The notes under the pieces: model-generated
Told to the model about the DNA's origin: nothing
The model's database searches: none
The model's input: only the letters and a program-made list of their open reading frames with translations
NCBI GenBank assembly: GCA_963575745.1
Contig: CAUYUJ010000213.1
Location: forward strand, 1-64,000
DNA length: 64,000 nucleotides
Reading direction: 5' to 3'
Origin: Prorocentrum cordatum
Taxonomy: Eukaryota
Program-made: the position numbers and the translations under genes
Shown here: one piece after another, positions 1-11,069 of the stretch
How positions within the stretch are numbered: the first letter of the stretch is position 1
Layout of the letters: every line of letters starts with the position of its first letter

Positions 1-139
1 CACGGGCGCTGCCGCCGCGATCGCCAGGCCCTCGGCGATGGAGTCGAGGCATTTCCCGTCGCGCGTGCATGCCACTAGTCCCTTGTCGAGATGATAGCGA
101 ACTGTGGCGCGGCGCGCAGGGCCCCCTTGACCTCGCCAC

Positions 140-570
140 GGGGGGCGCCTATACAGGCGGCGCGCGCGGCGGGGCGCGCCAATGGCCCAGGGCCCCTTTG
201 GCAGGATGGTCTTTATGTCGCATTGTGGGCCAGAGCCAGTTACATCGCTGGCCTTTCCTGGGCCCCGCGCAGACTTCGCCGCGGTCTGAATTGCATGATT
301 TGTTTAGGATCTGCAGGTGTGTTGGTTGCCTCTACATGTGCATGCCGATATTGTCGCCTCGTGGAAGCCTTCCATTTGGGCGCAGATTTCAGTTGCATTC
401 TAAGGCGCCCAACTACGGACCTTCGGGGAGCCGCTTGGAAGAAGCGCGACGACCTCGGCGGCCATGGAGAGACCAGTTCTGTCACCCACGTTCGGTGTTA
501 CCAGCCTGCCCGACACGGGCGCGACCATGACGGCGCTGGCCAGGGGCAATTTTCACAGCGATGGAGATGG
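140..570 (+). pseudogene. Degenerate RNase H domain, probably a non-LTR retrotransposon relic
   Basis: Across frameshifts the motifs occur in RNase H order: AYTGGA (~YTDGS), AGWS, GPAQTSPRSEL (~GPxQTxxRAEL), VHAD/CRLV (~TDCxxV), DLRGAAW, VTHVRCY (~V.HV.AH), RGNFHSD (~GNxxAD). Confidence 0.6.
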
Positions 571-2935
571 CCTTGAATCCGTCCGGGGCAGTCTTGAGTG
601 GTTGCAGCAGGCCCCCTCGCCTCGCGCGGCCTCGCGGCCGCGTCGAAGCGTCCGGCCGCCCCTGGAAGATCTAGGCAAAGAAGCCTGCCAGTTGTCGCCT
701 CGCTGCGATTCCGAATCCGTTTGAACTTCTTCTCATGGCTGCACTTCTGGCGGTGCTAGTCTTGCTCGAGAGGTACCCGAACTCTGGCGAAGGTGGGCCG
801 TTTCCTAGCTTTGCTCTGCCCTGCCCGCGGCGCGGCGCCTCGTGGCGCGCAGGGGAGCTCGGCCTGTCCCAGTGCCCTCGAGGTTCCCGGCGGCGGCGGC
901 TCCCAGGGCGATCCTGGCAGCGGGGGGCAACTGGCGGCAGTTTCGGTCTCGTCGGGCGCCGAGGTCGACATCTCATCTCGGCCCGTCCTCCTCCGGCCCG
1001 CGCGCGCCCTGGGGCGTCGGGCCCAGGGGGCGCGGGAGTGGAGAGGCCGAAACGAACCTCGCCCCGAAGCCTCTCTCGGGGCCGCGTCGTCAGGCCTGGG
1101 CCGCCTGGGGGCGCCGGCCTCGCCCGGCGCTGGTCGCCGTCGCCGGCGGCCAGGATTGCGCGGCCACGAGTTCGCACTGATCCAGTCGTGCCCATTTGCG
1201 CTCGCGATACGGTTGAGTCGGCACAGGCGGGGGCGGTCCAGGATGTTGATCGACCGCCTCCTTCGGCGTTGAGCCCCCCTTCATCCAACCGCGTGAAGGG
1301 CCGGCCTTTGTGCCTGATTCTGCGCGCAACGTTCGGCGGCGCACGGGGTCCGTCACAGGGGCTCCTTGGGGGATGCCCCCCTCTCAGGCCACCGTTCCAA
1401 CACCGCTCCTCCTTGGAACTGGCATGTTTCACTCTGCGCATGCTCGGGGCCATTTCCCTTGGGCCTCTTCTGGGTCCGTGGTCTTCCGCGTGCGATGTGG
1501 GCGCTACGACGCTGGCCCAGCGGGCCAGCGTTTGCTCGATTGCCCCCCCCCCAGCTCGGAGAGCATGCTTGTCGGGACCGGCGCTTCTTATCGGACGGCA
1601 GGCATCCGATCGACGAGGGGTGGCCAGGTCTTCGTTTCGTTCCAAGTCATCGGCCACTCGTGGTGAGTCGATCCTGAGGTTGGCTGGCTCAGATTAGAAA
1701 GGGGGCTTGCCTTCTGGGCGCGTGGGCTTCTCGCGGCCATGTGGCCGGCCTCGGACCCTTGGCCCCGAAATCTGTTCGGTCCTGGTGCCCGGCCGCTCTT
1801 TCGACTCGTGTGGTTTTTGCCTCGGCGGCGGACGAGCGTCGATGGCGGGGGAGGCGCGCGCGCGCGCGCCGCGCGCCCCGCCGCACCAACAGCTTCGGCA
1901 GCAGGCTCGCCGCGCCCGTCCATGCCTCCGCCGCCGCTGTCGTGGGCTCGTCTCTCTTGCCATGATCTACGCGGTGGGCAGGTGGAGCATCCTTCGAGTC
2001 CCCTGACGGGGGTCAGCTGATCTCCGCCGCTGAAAAGTGTATGTCATGCGCGTCGCGCGACATTTCCCTGCAGGGTCGCATCCTCCTACCGATCCTCCTC
2101 CTCCTCCCTCCTCCCTCCTCCCTGTTCGGACTCTTCCTTCCTGCTCCCTCTTCCGGTCATTCTCACGCATGGGCGCGTGAGACCTTGCGCTGCGGGTGCC
2201 TTCGCCAGGCCCCGGGACCGTCACGCAGGGAGTCATGACGAAAGGCCGGCCCCAGGGAAGTGGCCCAGACCTCGTGGGCCCACGCGTCGAACAGATTTTG
2301 AGCGGCCAGGAGTCTCACACAGGGAGTTCCTCCTACCCGCAAAGTGCCTACTCACCAACGTTTGGAAAACAATTGTTGGCTTCGATGTAATTGATCGTAC
2401 ATCCCCCGCGGCGGATCCAGGCCGTTTGTCAGTACTTACTTTGTGAATGGCGGAGAAATTCGGGGGCCCCCACCACAGAGAGACAATCGGGGCGAACCCC
2501 CCACCCTTGAGCGGTGCCATGTCGGAGCGTCGCCCCCCCGGGTGGGGGGGGGCGACCCGGCGGCTATGGCACGCCCGCGCACCACCCAGTGCAGGGCGAC
2601 GCTCATGCGTGCCACCGTTCAGGGGCGCCCCCCCTGACTGGTTCTCTGCGGCGGGGGTTCCCGCGTTTCTCCTCCGAGTGTTCCCGCTCACACAGGTTCA
2701 GGGGTCATCGTAAGCGCATGCAGGATTCAATCATGGGTACAGTCTGCGCGCGTGGGCCATCTTTCATGGCATCACCAGTGCAAACACAGTGCGCCCGCCT
2801 CCCTGTGACGCTGCGTAACGCAGTTGCGCCGCAGCGCAGCTTCGCCAGCTCGTCCGAGGAAGCGGCGCAGCAACGCCAGGGCGTGGCACATCTGCAGTGT
2901 TGCATATGTGTTGCGATGCGTCGTTGGGGCATCTT

Positions 2936-3090
2936 TAGGGGGCCACATGCGAACCCTACCCCTACCCCCCCACGATTTCTGAGGGGGAGGGTGGGGTTCA
3001 CTTTGCTCGGGAGCTCTCGAACGAAGTGAGCCTCACCTTCCCCTTCAGAAATCGTGGGGGGCAGGGGTAGGGTTCGCATGTGGCCCCCTA
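2936..3090. mobile_element. Hairpin MITE, family A, 5-bp TSD ATCTT
   Basis: Near-complete fold-back: TAGGGGGCCACATGCGAACCCTACCCCT...AGGGGTAGGGTTCGCATGTGGCCCCCTA. ATCTT at 2931-2935 and 3091-3095. Confidence 0.9.
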
Positions 3091-3212
3091 ATCTTGGGTG
3101 GTGGTGGTCTTTTCTGGGGAGCTGTTGGGCCGTGTTTTTTTTGCTCTGGACGTGTCTGGAGTCGTCGAGGCGCGGTCTTGGGTCGTCTGCTCCAGAGAAC
3201 TAAAGCTGCCTT

Positions 3213-3375
3213 TCAGGAGGGGAAAAGACACACAGACACAATTCACTGTCGATCCCCAGGAAGATATGGGAAAACATGGGAAGTTGGGGGGAAGACGAAA
3301 ACCCAGAAAATATGACAACATATGGGGGAGCCTGCTATTTGTGTGTATTTATTTGTGTGTCCCAGGGCCCCTTTA
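3213..3375. mobile_element. MITE family B (TCAGGAGGG...GGCCCCTTNA), 5-bp TSD
   Basis: Homologous to 18149-18305, 22686-22843, 51461-51622 and 58370-58533. Flanks GCCTT/GTCTT. Confidence 0.8.
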
Positions 3376-3731
3376 GTCTTGTTCCGTCTGAGGTTTTTTG
3401 TTGGAGGTGGCCTGTTGCACCGAGGCTTCTGTTTTACATTGCGCCAAATTGTAGGCAAGCAAGGGCTTGGGCGGGACGGAGAGGAGAGACGGCAAGGGAG
3501 GGCGGGGGATCGGGGATGACGGAACAGGGGCGGGAGGGATGTAGGGACGGGAGAGGATGGAAGGGAGGGAAGGAGAGGATGGAGATTGACGCTGGACGGC
3601 GATGGTATATACGTGGCAGTATGCGCTCGACTACGGTTCTCGAGAGGGGCAGTCTCCGCAGCCAGGGCCCTCGCCGCCCCAGCGTGTGCCCAGCCGCGGG
3701 TCGCTCCAAGGAGGGCCTCGTCTTCGTGAGT

Positions 3732-3862
3732 CTTGGCATCGCTCGGACGTGTCCATGGTTTTCTCGGCGACAGCCATCGAGGCTCATCCTTGATCATTTG
3801 GCGAAAAAAACACGCACGAAATCGAACAATACACGAGGAATGGACGTCCGAGCGATGGCGAG
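3732..3862. mobile_element. MITE family C (TIR CTTGGCATCGCTCGGACGT), 23-bp flanking direct repeat
   Basis: TIR pair visible. AGGAGGGCCTCGTCTTCGTG(A/C)GT at 3709-3731 and 3863-3885. Other copies at 8266-8398, 23042-23171, 23181-23563, ~35593-35719; partial at ~22490-22585 and ~50745-50790. Confidence 0.85.
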
Positions 3863-4654
3863 AGGAGGGCCTCGTCTTCGTGCGTCGAGGAGAGCCCGCA
3901 CCCCCGCCCTCGGGCGGCAGCCGGCAGAGGGCCCCCGCGCAGAGGCCGACAGCGGCGAGACGCGAGGGCGGCCCCGCCGGCGGAGCCTCGGCGGCGGCTG
4001 GGCCGCGGCGAGGGCGATCGGCGCCGGGGCACCCGACGGCCACAGCATGGCATCGGCCTCGGCCTTGGCCTTGGCCAGGCAGCTCTGGAAGAGTCCGTCT
4101 CGTTTTGGCACATCGGGTTTCTTTTCTGAGAGCATGTTTCCTTGTTTCGGGGATGGACAGGCCCCCCTTTAGTAAAACGTGGTTTAGTGAAAACGACCTG
4201 AGGCCCAAACCTGGCGGGCGCAAGCCTGGAAAATACCGGCCACGGCGCCCTCTCGAGAACCGAACACGGACAGTTCACTAATCGACGTGTCACTGTCGGG
4301 GGTTCTGTCCACCCCCGATTGTCCTCAGAACAAGTTTGGGTTCTAAGAACATGTCGTGGTAGGGCTACAGGAATGCTGGGACGGCCGGTCCCCGCTCAGG
4401 ACGGCCCCGTCGCGGCATCGGCTCTGGCCGGGCCCCGCCTCGGCCCGAGCTCGGGCGCGCGCCGCCCGGGCACGGCCGGCGAGGCGCGCGTCCCGATGCC
4501 AGGGCTGCCCTGGCCAAGAGCGGGTATGCGTGACAAGCAAGCAGTGGCGAAGCGTCCTGGCTCGCCTATAGCCCCTCCAAAGAATGTTCTAAGAACCTTT
4601 TTGTGGTTTCCACGAAATGTTCTTAGAACATTTCTGGCGGAGTCTGTCTTTCGG

Positions 4655-4860
4655 CACGAACGGGATGGGTACGGAAAGAATGGGTACAATGCCCAACAGC
4701 AGTTCCTGTCCACTTTGAACAGGGCTCGCTTTCCGCGCCGCCGCGGCCTGTGTCAATTCGAGACAGAGGGCCGCCTGCCCAACAGCGCCCGCTGTTGGTT
4801 TGGGACAACATTTGTTGTCTGGCATTGTACCCGTTTTTTCCGTACCCTTTTCGGGCGACC
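4655..4860. mobile_element. MITE family D (TIR GGGTACGGAAAGAATGGGTACAATGCC)
   Basis: Long inverted ends; closely similar to 6410-6619. Confidence 0.8.
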
Positions 4861-5527
4861 AAAATAATGGTTCCTGCGTCCAAGGGCGCCTCGGGTCTTT
4901 AGGGCGGGTCTTCTGTTCCAAGATGCGCCCTGCGTTGTCAGGATGCGGTCTGCGGGTATGTGGTGGCGGTGCGCACGTTCCCTCTCCCGTGCCGTTGTGG
5001 CCGTGATGCCGTTCTCGGGGCGGACGAGAGGGGGGTGAGAGGAACGTTCGATGAGCAAGCCATGACAAAGATAACATGTCGGAGGTCCACGCAGATTTCT
5101 CGGATCGGCACTGGACCGCAGGCCCCAGCGCCGATCCGAGAAGATGTTTGTGCAATTTGTTGTTCTTCTAGGGGGGGAAGTCACCACCTGCATCGGGGAA
5201 CATTGGAAAAGCACATGTGGATCCCATACCCCTTCCTAACCCCAAACGTGGGTTGTCTGGTCAGGTTGGGGAGGCCAGGTAGCTACTCAGGAAAGGGACG
5301 GCTCGGGAATCTGATTGATGCAACTGGTTTGCCCCGCCAGTCGCGTGCGCCACCCCGCGCAGGCTGCCGATCCCGTCCACGAAGCAACTGGACCGCGCGC
5401 GTAACTTCGGCTCCGCCTACGAGAAGCAGGACCGGTCGGCGGCCAGAAAGCACGCCCGCGCCCACAGGCCCGCCGTTCTGCCATGCTCCTGCCGCTTGAG
5501 TCGGGCCAGACGAGAGGGGGGGATAGG

Positions 5528-5615
5528 CAGGGGACCACATGACATGCGAACCCAACCCCTGCCCCCCACGATTTCTGAGGGGGAGGGTGGGGTAGGGTTC
5601 GCATGTGGTTCCCTA
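5528..5615. mobile_element. Internally deleted family A MITE, 5-bp TSD ATAGG
   Basis: Same CACATG..CGAACCC/GGGTTCGCATGTGG ends as 2936-3090. ATAGG at 5523-5527 and 5616-5620. Confidence 0.8.
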
Positions 5616-5776
5616 ATAGGAGAAGGAGGGCATCAGAACTTGCCGCATGCAGCCAGTTTCGGCGCCGCCGCCGGGCCTACTACTCGATGCATGGGCGCCC
5701 CTCTCGGCGCCCTGGAGGCGCCAGGAAGACCAGCTGCGTGAGCTGATTCTCTTCTTCACCCGTTGCTATCCTACCC

Positions 5777-5966
5777 TTAAGTCGGGCCTGTCCCCCTACA
5801 GGGGGTTTTCGACGAACAATAAAAGATACCCAAAACATAGTCACAAAATAGTCCAAACATAGTCTGGGGACTATTTCTGGATTATTTGTTTACCTTGTCG
5901 GGGTATTTTTAGGGCATTTTTTTTTTTCGCCAAACATCCCCCTGTAGGGGGACAGGCCCGACTTAA
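5777..5966. mobile_element. MITE family E (TIR TTAAGTCGGGCCTGTCCCCCTACAGGGG), 8-bp TSD TCCTACCC, hAT-like
   Basis: Perfect ~28-bp TIRs with TCCTACCC on both flanks. An 8-bp TSD is typical of hAT elements. Confidence 0.9.
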
Positions 5967-6079
5967 TCCTACCCTTTCGTTCCCGCCGATTGAGTCCACT
6001 GCCCTTGCTCGCACCCCCGCGTTCCCACCCCTGCTCCCTCCTCCTGTGAGGGTGGAGGGAGGTCGAGAGTTGAGGGCCG

Positions 6080-6205
6080 AGGAGGAGGAGGAGGAGGAGG
6101 AGGCGGAGGACGAGGGGGAGGAGGAGGAGGAGGAGGAGGAGGAGGAGGAGGAGGAGGAGGAGGAGGAGGAGGAGGAGGAGGAGGAGGAGGAGGGAGGAGG
6201 AAGAG
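6080..6205. repeat. (GGA)n microsatellite; similar GGA/CCT tracts at ~6925-7040, 14478-14572, 41938-42080, 45480-45700
   Basis: Direct reading. Confidence 0.95.
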
Positions 6206-6409
6206 GAGCAGTATGAGTATGGATTCTCAGGAGGACGCAGGAGATGGAGGAGGGAGAGGAGGAGGGCTGGGGAGGACGAGGGGGCCAGGCCGAGAAGGAG
6301 GGGGAGGGACTTGGCCGTGAGGTGAAGGGCAGGCGCGGGCGGGCACGGATGCCCGGGAGGGCAACGAGGAGGAGCAGGAGGGCGAGGTGGCCAGGATTGC
6401 GGAGGAGCA

Positions 6410-6619
6410 TCTGGACGCCCGAAATGGGTACGGAAAGAATGGGTACAATGCCCAACAGCAGTTACTGCTCAGTTCTGAACAGGATTTGCTGTCCACGCCG
6501 CCGCGGCCTGTGCCCATTCGAGACAGAAGGCCGCCTGCCCAACAGCGGCCGCTGTTGGTTTGGGACAACATTTGTTGGGCATTGTACCCATTCTTTCCGT
6601 ACCCATTTCGGGCGTTCAA
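6410..6619. mobile_element. MITE family D, flanked by GGAGCA
   Basis: ACGCCCGAAATGGGTACGGAAAGAATGGGTACAATGCCCAACA is inverted at the other end. GGAGCA on both sides. Confidence 0.85.
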
Positions 6620-7792
6620 GGAGCAGGCCCCTCCCCGGGCATTCCCCCCCCCACTCCCACCCTTCCTCCCGCACCACAGGGCCAGCCATGGCTCAGCCCG
6701 AAATCTGGGACCGGCACGCGCTCCCCCTTGGGCCATCGGGAGGCGCCCGCGTGCGGCCTCGCCTCCCGCGAATTCGGCGAGTGGGGAAACATCACGGACC
6801 GCACACGGGTGCCGTCGGAATTGCCACAGGATCTTTGCGTGGCCCTGCGGCGAGAGCACCGTTTCGCCTGCCCTCGCGTGGCCAGACTCTCAGGTGAGCT
6901 CACGAGGCGTGCGCCGCGGGGCAGGAGGAGGGAGAGGAGGAGAAGGAGAAGGAGGAGAAGGAGGAGGAGCTGAAGGAGGAGGAGGAGGAGGAGGAGGAGG
7001 AGGAGAGGAGGAGCGGAGGAGGAGAGGGAGGGAGGAGGACCCCGTTTCCTCGCGCAGATCGTTCCCTCCCGAGCGGCGCGCCCGCCCCCGAGGAGTGGCA
7101 GGACATCTTCCGCGTGGGGCCGGGGGGGGGGGGCGGGGCGCTTTGCCAGGCCTGGTCCGGACCTGGCCCCAGGGGCGTCCCGCCTGCTGATGCTCCTGCA
7201 CTGCCAGTGCCGCCAGCCGTGGGCAAGATCTACACGCCAGTCGTTGAAAGTATGCATTTTGTGGAATGTATGATCCAGGGCGTCTCGGACATTCTTGGGA
7301 GGGGACGCCAGATGGAGCCTCCAGGGACCAGATATTCATCCATATCCAGTTCGCCTCGGGTTTCTTCTGAGGGAAGCCAGGAACTCCAAGCTGCAGTGGA
7401 TGTGGGCACAGGTCTTGCCCGCACACATTTCCCCCCTTTCGGCAGCAAAGCGTGGGAGCGCCGCATGCCATCGCAATGCCGTCTAGAGTGCTCTGGCGTG
7501 CGCTAGCGTCTGGTAGTCGTTGAGCAAGTGCCGATGTAATGCCGATTTAGCGTCGCTTTGCGTCGATTAGCATCGATTTAGCGTTGATTTGCGTCGCTGG
7601 GCGTCGATCCACAAAAGCCAGCAAGATGATGGCACTGGAGGCTCCCATGAGTTTCCACCGAAACCTCCCCCCAGGCCACTCGCGGGCGGGGATTACGTGA
7701 CCAGAGACCCTCACAGATCGATCGGGCACGAACATAGACAGAGACATGTGGTCCAGGGCTCTAGCCGTGAATCGGATCCCAGGGGCGGGCAG

Positions 7793-8004
7793 GGATTACA
7801 GTCAAAAACCTTAATAAGGACGCGCGGCGATGCTCAGGGTACCCTTGCGTCCTTGCTCTGCCTTGCTCTTGCGGCTCGTCCTTGGCCTCTTTCGCTTGCC
7901 CGCTGACGGGGTTTTCGTCGTCCGCCGCCCCAACAATCCCAACTCGGCTTGCAAGGGTCTTGCGTCCTTACCGCGCGTCCTTATTAGGGTTTTTGATTGT
8001 ATCC
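7793..8004. mobile_element. TIR element (GGATTACAGTCAAAAACCTTAATAAGGACGCGCGG inverted)
   Basis: ~35-bp inverted terminal repeats with 2-3 differences. No clear TSD seen. Confidence 0.75.
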
Positions 8005-8265
8005 ACATCGAGAAGGCCACGTCCGAGTGATGCACAGGGCGGTCTCGGTAAGACTGGTCCGGCCTCGAGTTTGCGATGGGCGTCGGGCGCGAGGCGCCTT
8101 GCGTCTCTGTGCGGGTGCCCCGCGCGGTTTTCGCCCCCTGCTCGTGGGATCGCGCCTCCACTGGATTCCGCCTCGGCATTCAGACGTGGGATGGCGTGGA
8201 TGGGGATTCGCTCGTTTCCCACCGCTTCCACAAACAATTTACCAGCCTGAGACATCTCCCTACCC

Positions 8266-8398
8266 CTTGGCATCGCTCGGATGTGTGCATATTTTTTTCT
8301 CGGCGACGGCCATCGAGGACCATCCTTGATCATTTGGCGGGAAAAACACGCACGCAATCGGAGAATGCACGGGAACTTAACGTCCGAGCGACGGCAAG
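8266..8398. mobile_element. MITE family C, 31-bp flanking direct repeat
   Basis: CAA(T/C)TTACCAGCCTGAGACATCTCC(C/T)TACCC at 8235-8265 and 8399-8429. Confidence 0.85.
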
Positions 8399-10377
8399 CA
8401 ACTTACCAGCCTGAGACATCTCCTTACCCCTATGCATGGCATCGCCTTATCTCGATGCCGATCTTGGGTGCGCCCTCGGCCTCTGCAGGCGCATCCCTGA
8501 GGTTGCCCATGCCGTTTGGCTTGCCAATCTTGAGGGTAGCGATGCGTTCGAGGCTGGCCAACAGTGACACCCGGGTCCTGAACGGAAAGGGGCCCTGCCC
8601 TCGAGCCGCACTGGCGCTGTGCTCTACTGCTTGCCGCCCTCTCTGCGCAGCGCGCAAGCGGACCGCGAAGCTGTGAGCGACCAAACGTGCAAGTCAGGGC
8701 TGTCTCAACGGCGCTTGGGGCATTCCTTGCCCGAGGGCTTTGCCAGGGGGGGGCTTCGCCAGGGGGGGGGGGCTTGAGAGTGCTGTGACGTCGGTCCTCG
8801 GTGCTCCAGAGCTTCCAGGCCGATCACCACCTCGAGAGCCACAACCGAATACCATCTCTGGAAATGCCGATTGCTAAATCTGGGGGATGGGTTTGACATT
8901 GCAAGGGCTTGTCTTCAGTCCGTCCATGAAGGCCAAGGTCGGGTGAGGTCGGGTCAGCGATGCCCTTCTCAGTGTCGTGTTCAACGACGCCCACGGTGAC
9001 CAAGATGCCGATGATGTCGATGTTGCGTGTTGGGTTGATGGGCTAATTTGTCAACCGATTGATTGATACGCAGACTGCTTGGTCAGAGTTAGGGGGCCCG
9101 AGCGGTCTACACTATTTTTGGGTGCGTGGTTGGAGTGGGATACCGCGGTGCGGATTGTCGTTTTCCGTGTTGTACTTTATTGATGTCGGCGGCGAGGGCG
9201 TTTCTGGGAGATCGGGGGGAGGGAACAACACAACACACGTTCCCTTGCTTCTGATTCTCTTCAGGATGCCATCTGAGTTTCATGATAATATCGGATGTTC
9301 TGGCTTCGGGAGGGTGCCTGAGTATTCCAGGGATCTTTCTGGATTCCCGGGGATTCCTGATCATTTCCGCATGATTTTTCAGACATCCTCACGAATGCTG
9401 AGGGCTCCCTTAGGCTTCCTCAGGATACCCCAGGAACCCTTATGATTCCTCAGCATCCGTCATACTATTCTCAGTCTGCCCCTCATGACTCCTCAGAATG
9501 ATTCGTCAGGACTTCACAGAGTCCCAAGGACGCCTCCAGATCTTTTCTTGAATTCGTGAGGCTTTGAAGGATTGCTCGGGATGGCCGACGATCTCCTGTA
9601 ATCCAAGAGATTCCACCCGATGTCTCGGGATTCCTTTGTATTCCCGGGAATTGTTGAGGATCTAACAGCCCTTGAGGATCCTTCAGGGCCCCCCTCAATA
9701 ATCCAGCAGAACTCATAGGCTTATCAGGATTCCATCTGATTCTCGAGGATCTGTCATTCCGACGAAGGGATCTTCCAACATGTTCTGCATGTATTCCAGG
9801 GCCGTGCTGGGTCCCAGGAGGGCGCGTACACCATGCTGGGGCCCAGGATGGCCCTGGCTAGGCACTGGTGGTGATGCACGAGAGCCTATTGCGCTATTAT
9901 CTATCCCTCGCCCCCTCCTCCACAATGCGCCGTCAGGAAGCGGCTTCTTTCATATGTTTCTTATGCTTTTGGACGGGGGCTTGTGATAGGCAGGGCCGGT
10001 GGCGTCCACATTTCTCATCGTACCTCCGACTGCTGTGTAAGACGGGCAGTTGCGGATTTGGGTGAGGGGGCGAGCGAGTAATCCGAGAGGGGCCGCTTAG
10101 GACAGCGAGGGGCGCTGGGGCCTCCCAATCCTTCTCCGGAGGGTTTCGGCTCAGAGTCCCAAGGGCGAGCTTGCCCACCCGACAATGTCTCCCACCCCAA
10201 ATAAGACAAACATGGAGAAGTGTAGCTGAAAAATACGCAGCAATACCCGCCCGTGCGATGAGTGAACATATCCACGCTGGCGCTCACATGGGGTCAAAGG
10301 CGTTTCAATCGTCTAGGGGTCTTGGGGCTGCCATGTATTGTCTTGTTTGTAAGTACAACATATGAACATTCGGGACC

Positions 10378-10655
10378 CTCCTGCAAGGTGACCCGAGGCG
10401 CACCCCTGGCCGCGGAAACGGTCAAGAGGGGGCGCCTGGGGCGGGCGTTCAAGGTTGAAGCCTTCACATCCTCCTGCAAGGTGGCCCGAGGCGCAACCCC
10501 GGCCGCGTGAAGCGATAGGGGGGGGCGCCCGGGGCGGGCGTTCAAGGTTGGAACCCTTACATGTTCATGCAAGGTAACCCGAGGCGCCCCCCCGGCCGCG
10601 TGAAACGGTCAAGGGGGGCGCCCCAGGCGGGCCGTTCAAGGTTGAAGCCTCCACA
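10378..10655. repeat. Three diverged tandem copies of a ~93-bp unit
   Basis: TGCAAGGTRRCCCGAGGCGC...GTTCAAGGTTG recurs at ~10382, ~10475 and ~10568. Confidence 0.8.
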
Positions 10656-11069
10656 TGGTATGCTGGAACATGCGTAGGTATTTCCGTGCCAGAAACAAAC
10701 GAGAGCTATATGGATCTGGAACGTGTAGGAACAACCGGGAGTATCCGCTATCCTACGACACAACAGGGCACTCCGCAGTGCGAACGGCCGTTCGCGTCAC
10801 ATGAGTGCTTAAGCACATCCACATTTCACGCCACATTGGTCCTTGAACATATGTTCGAAATGGTCGAGATGCCGGGAGCAGGATGTCCAGTACATTAACG
10901 CACACATGCACGTCGGGGAGGAGCATGCAAGCCCTAGATGCATCGTTCCTGTTGTTTGGTGCGCGCCCGTCAACCGGATCTGTCATGAACCATAGGGGCT
11001 CGAAAGAAAAAAAAGGCCCAAACGCAACGCAATTTTCAGCCGATACGAACAAGCTCCCGTAAGCCACGC

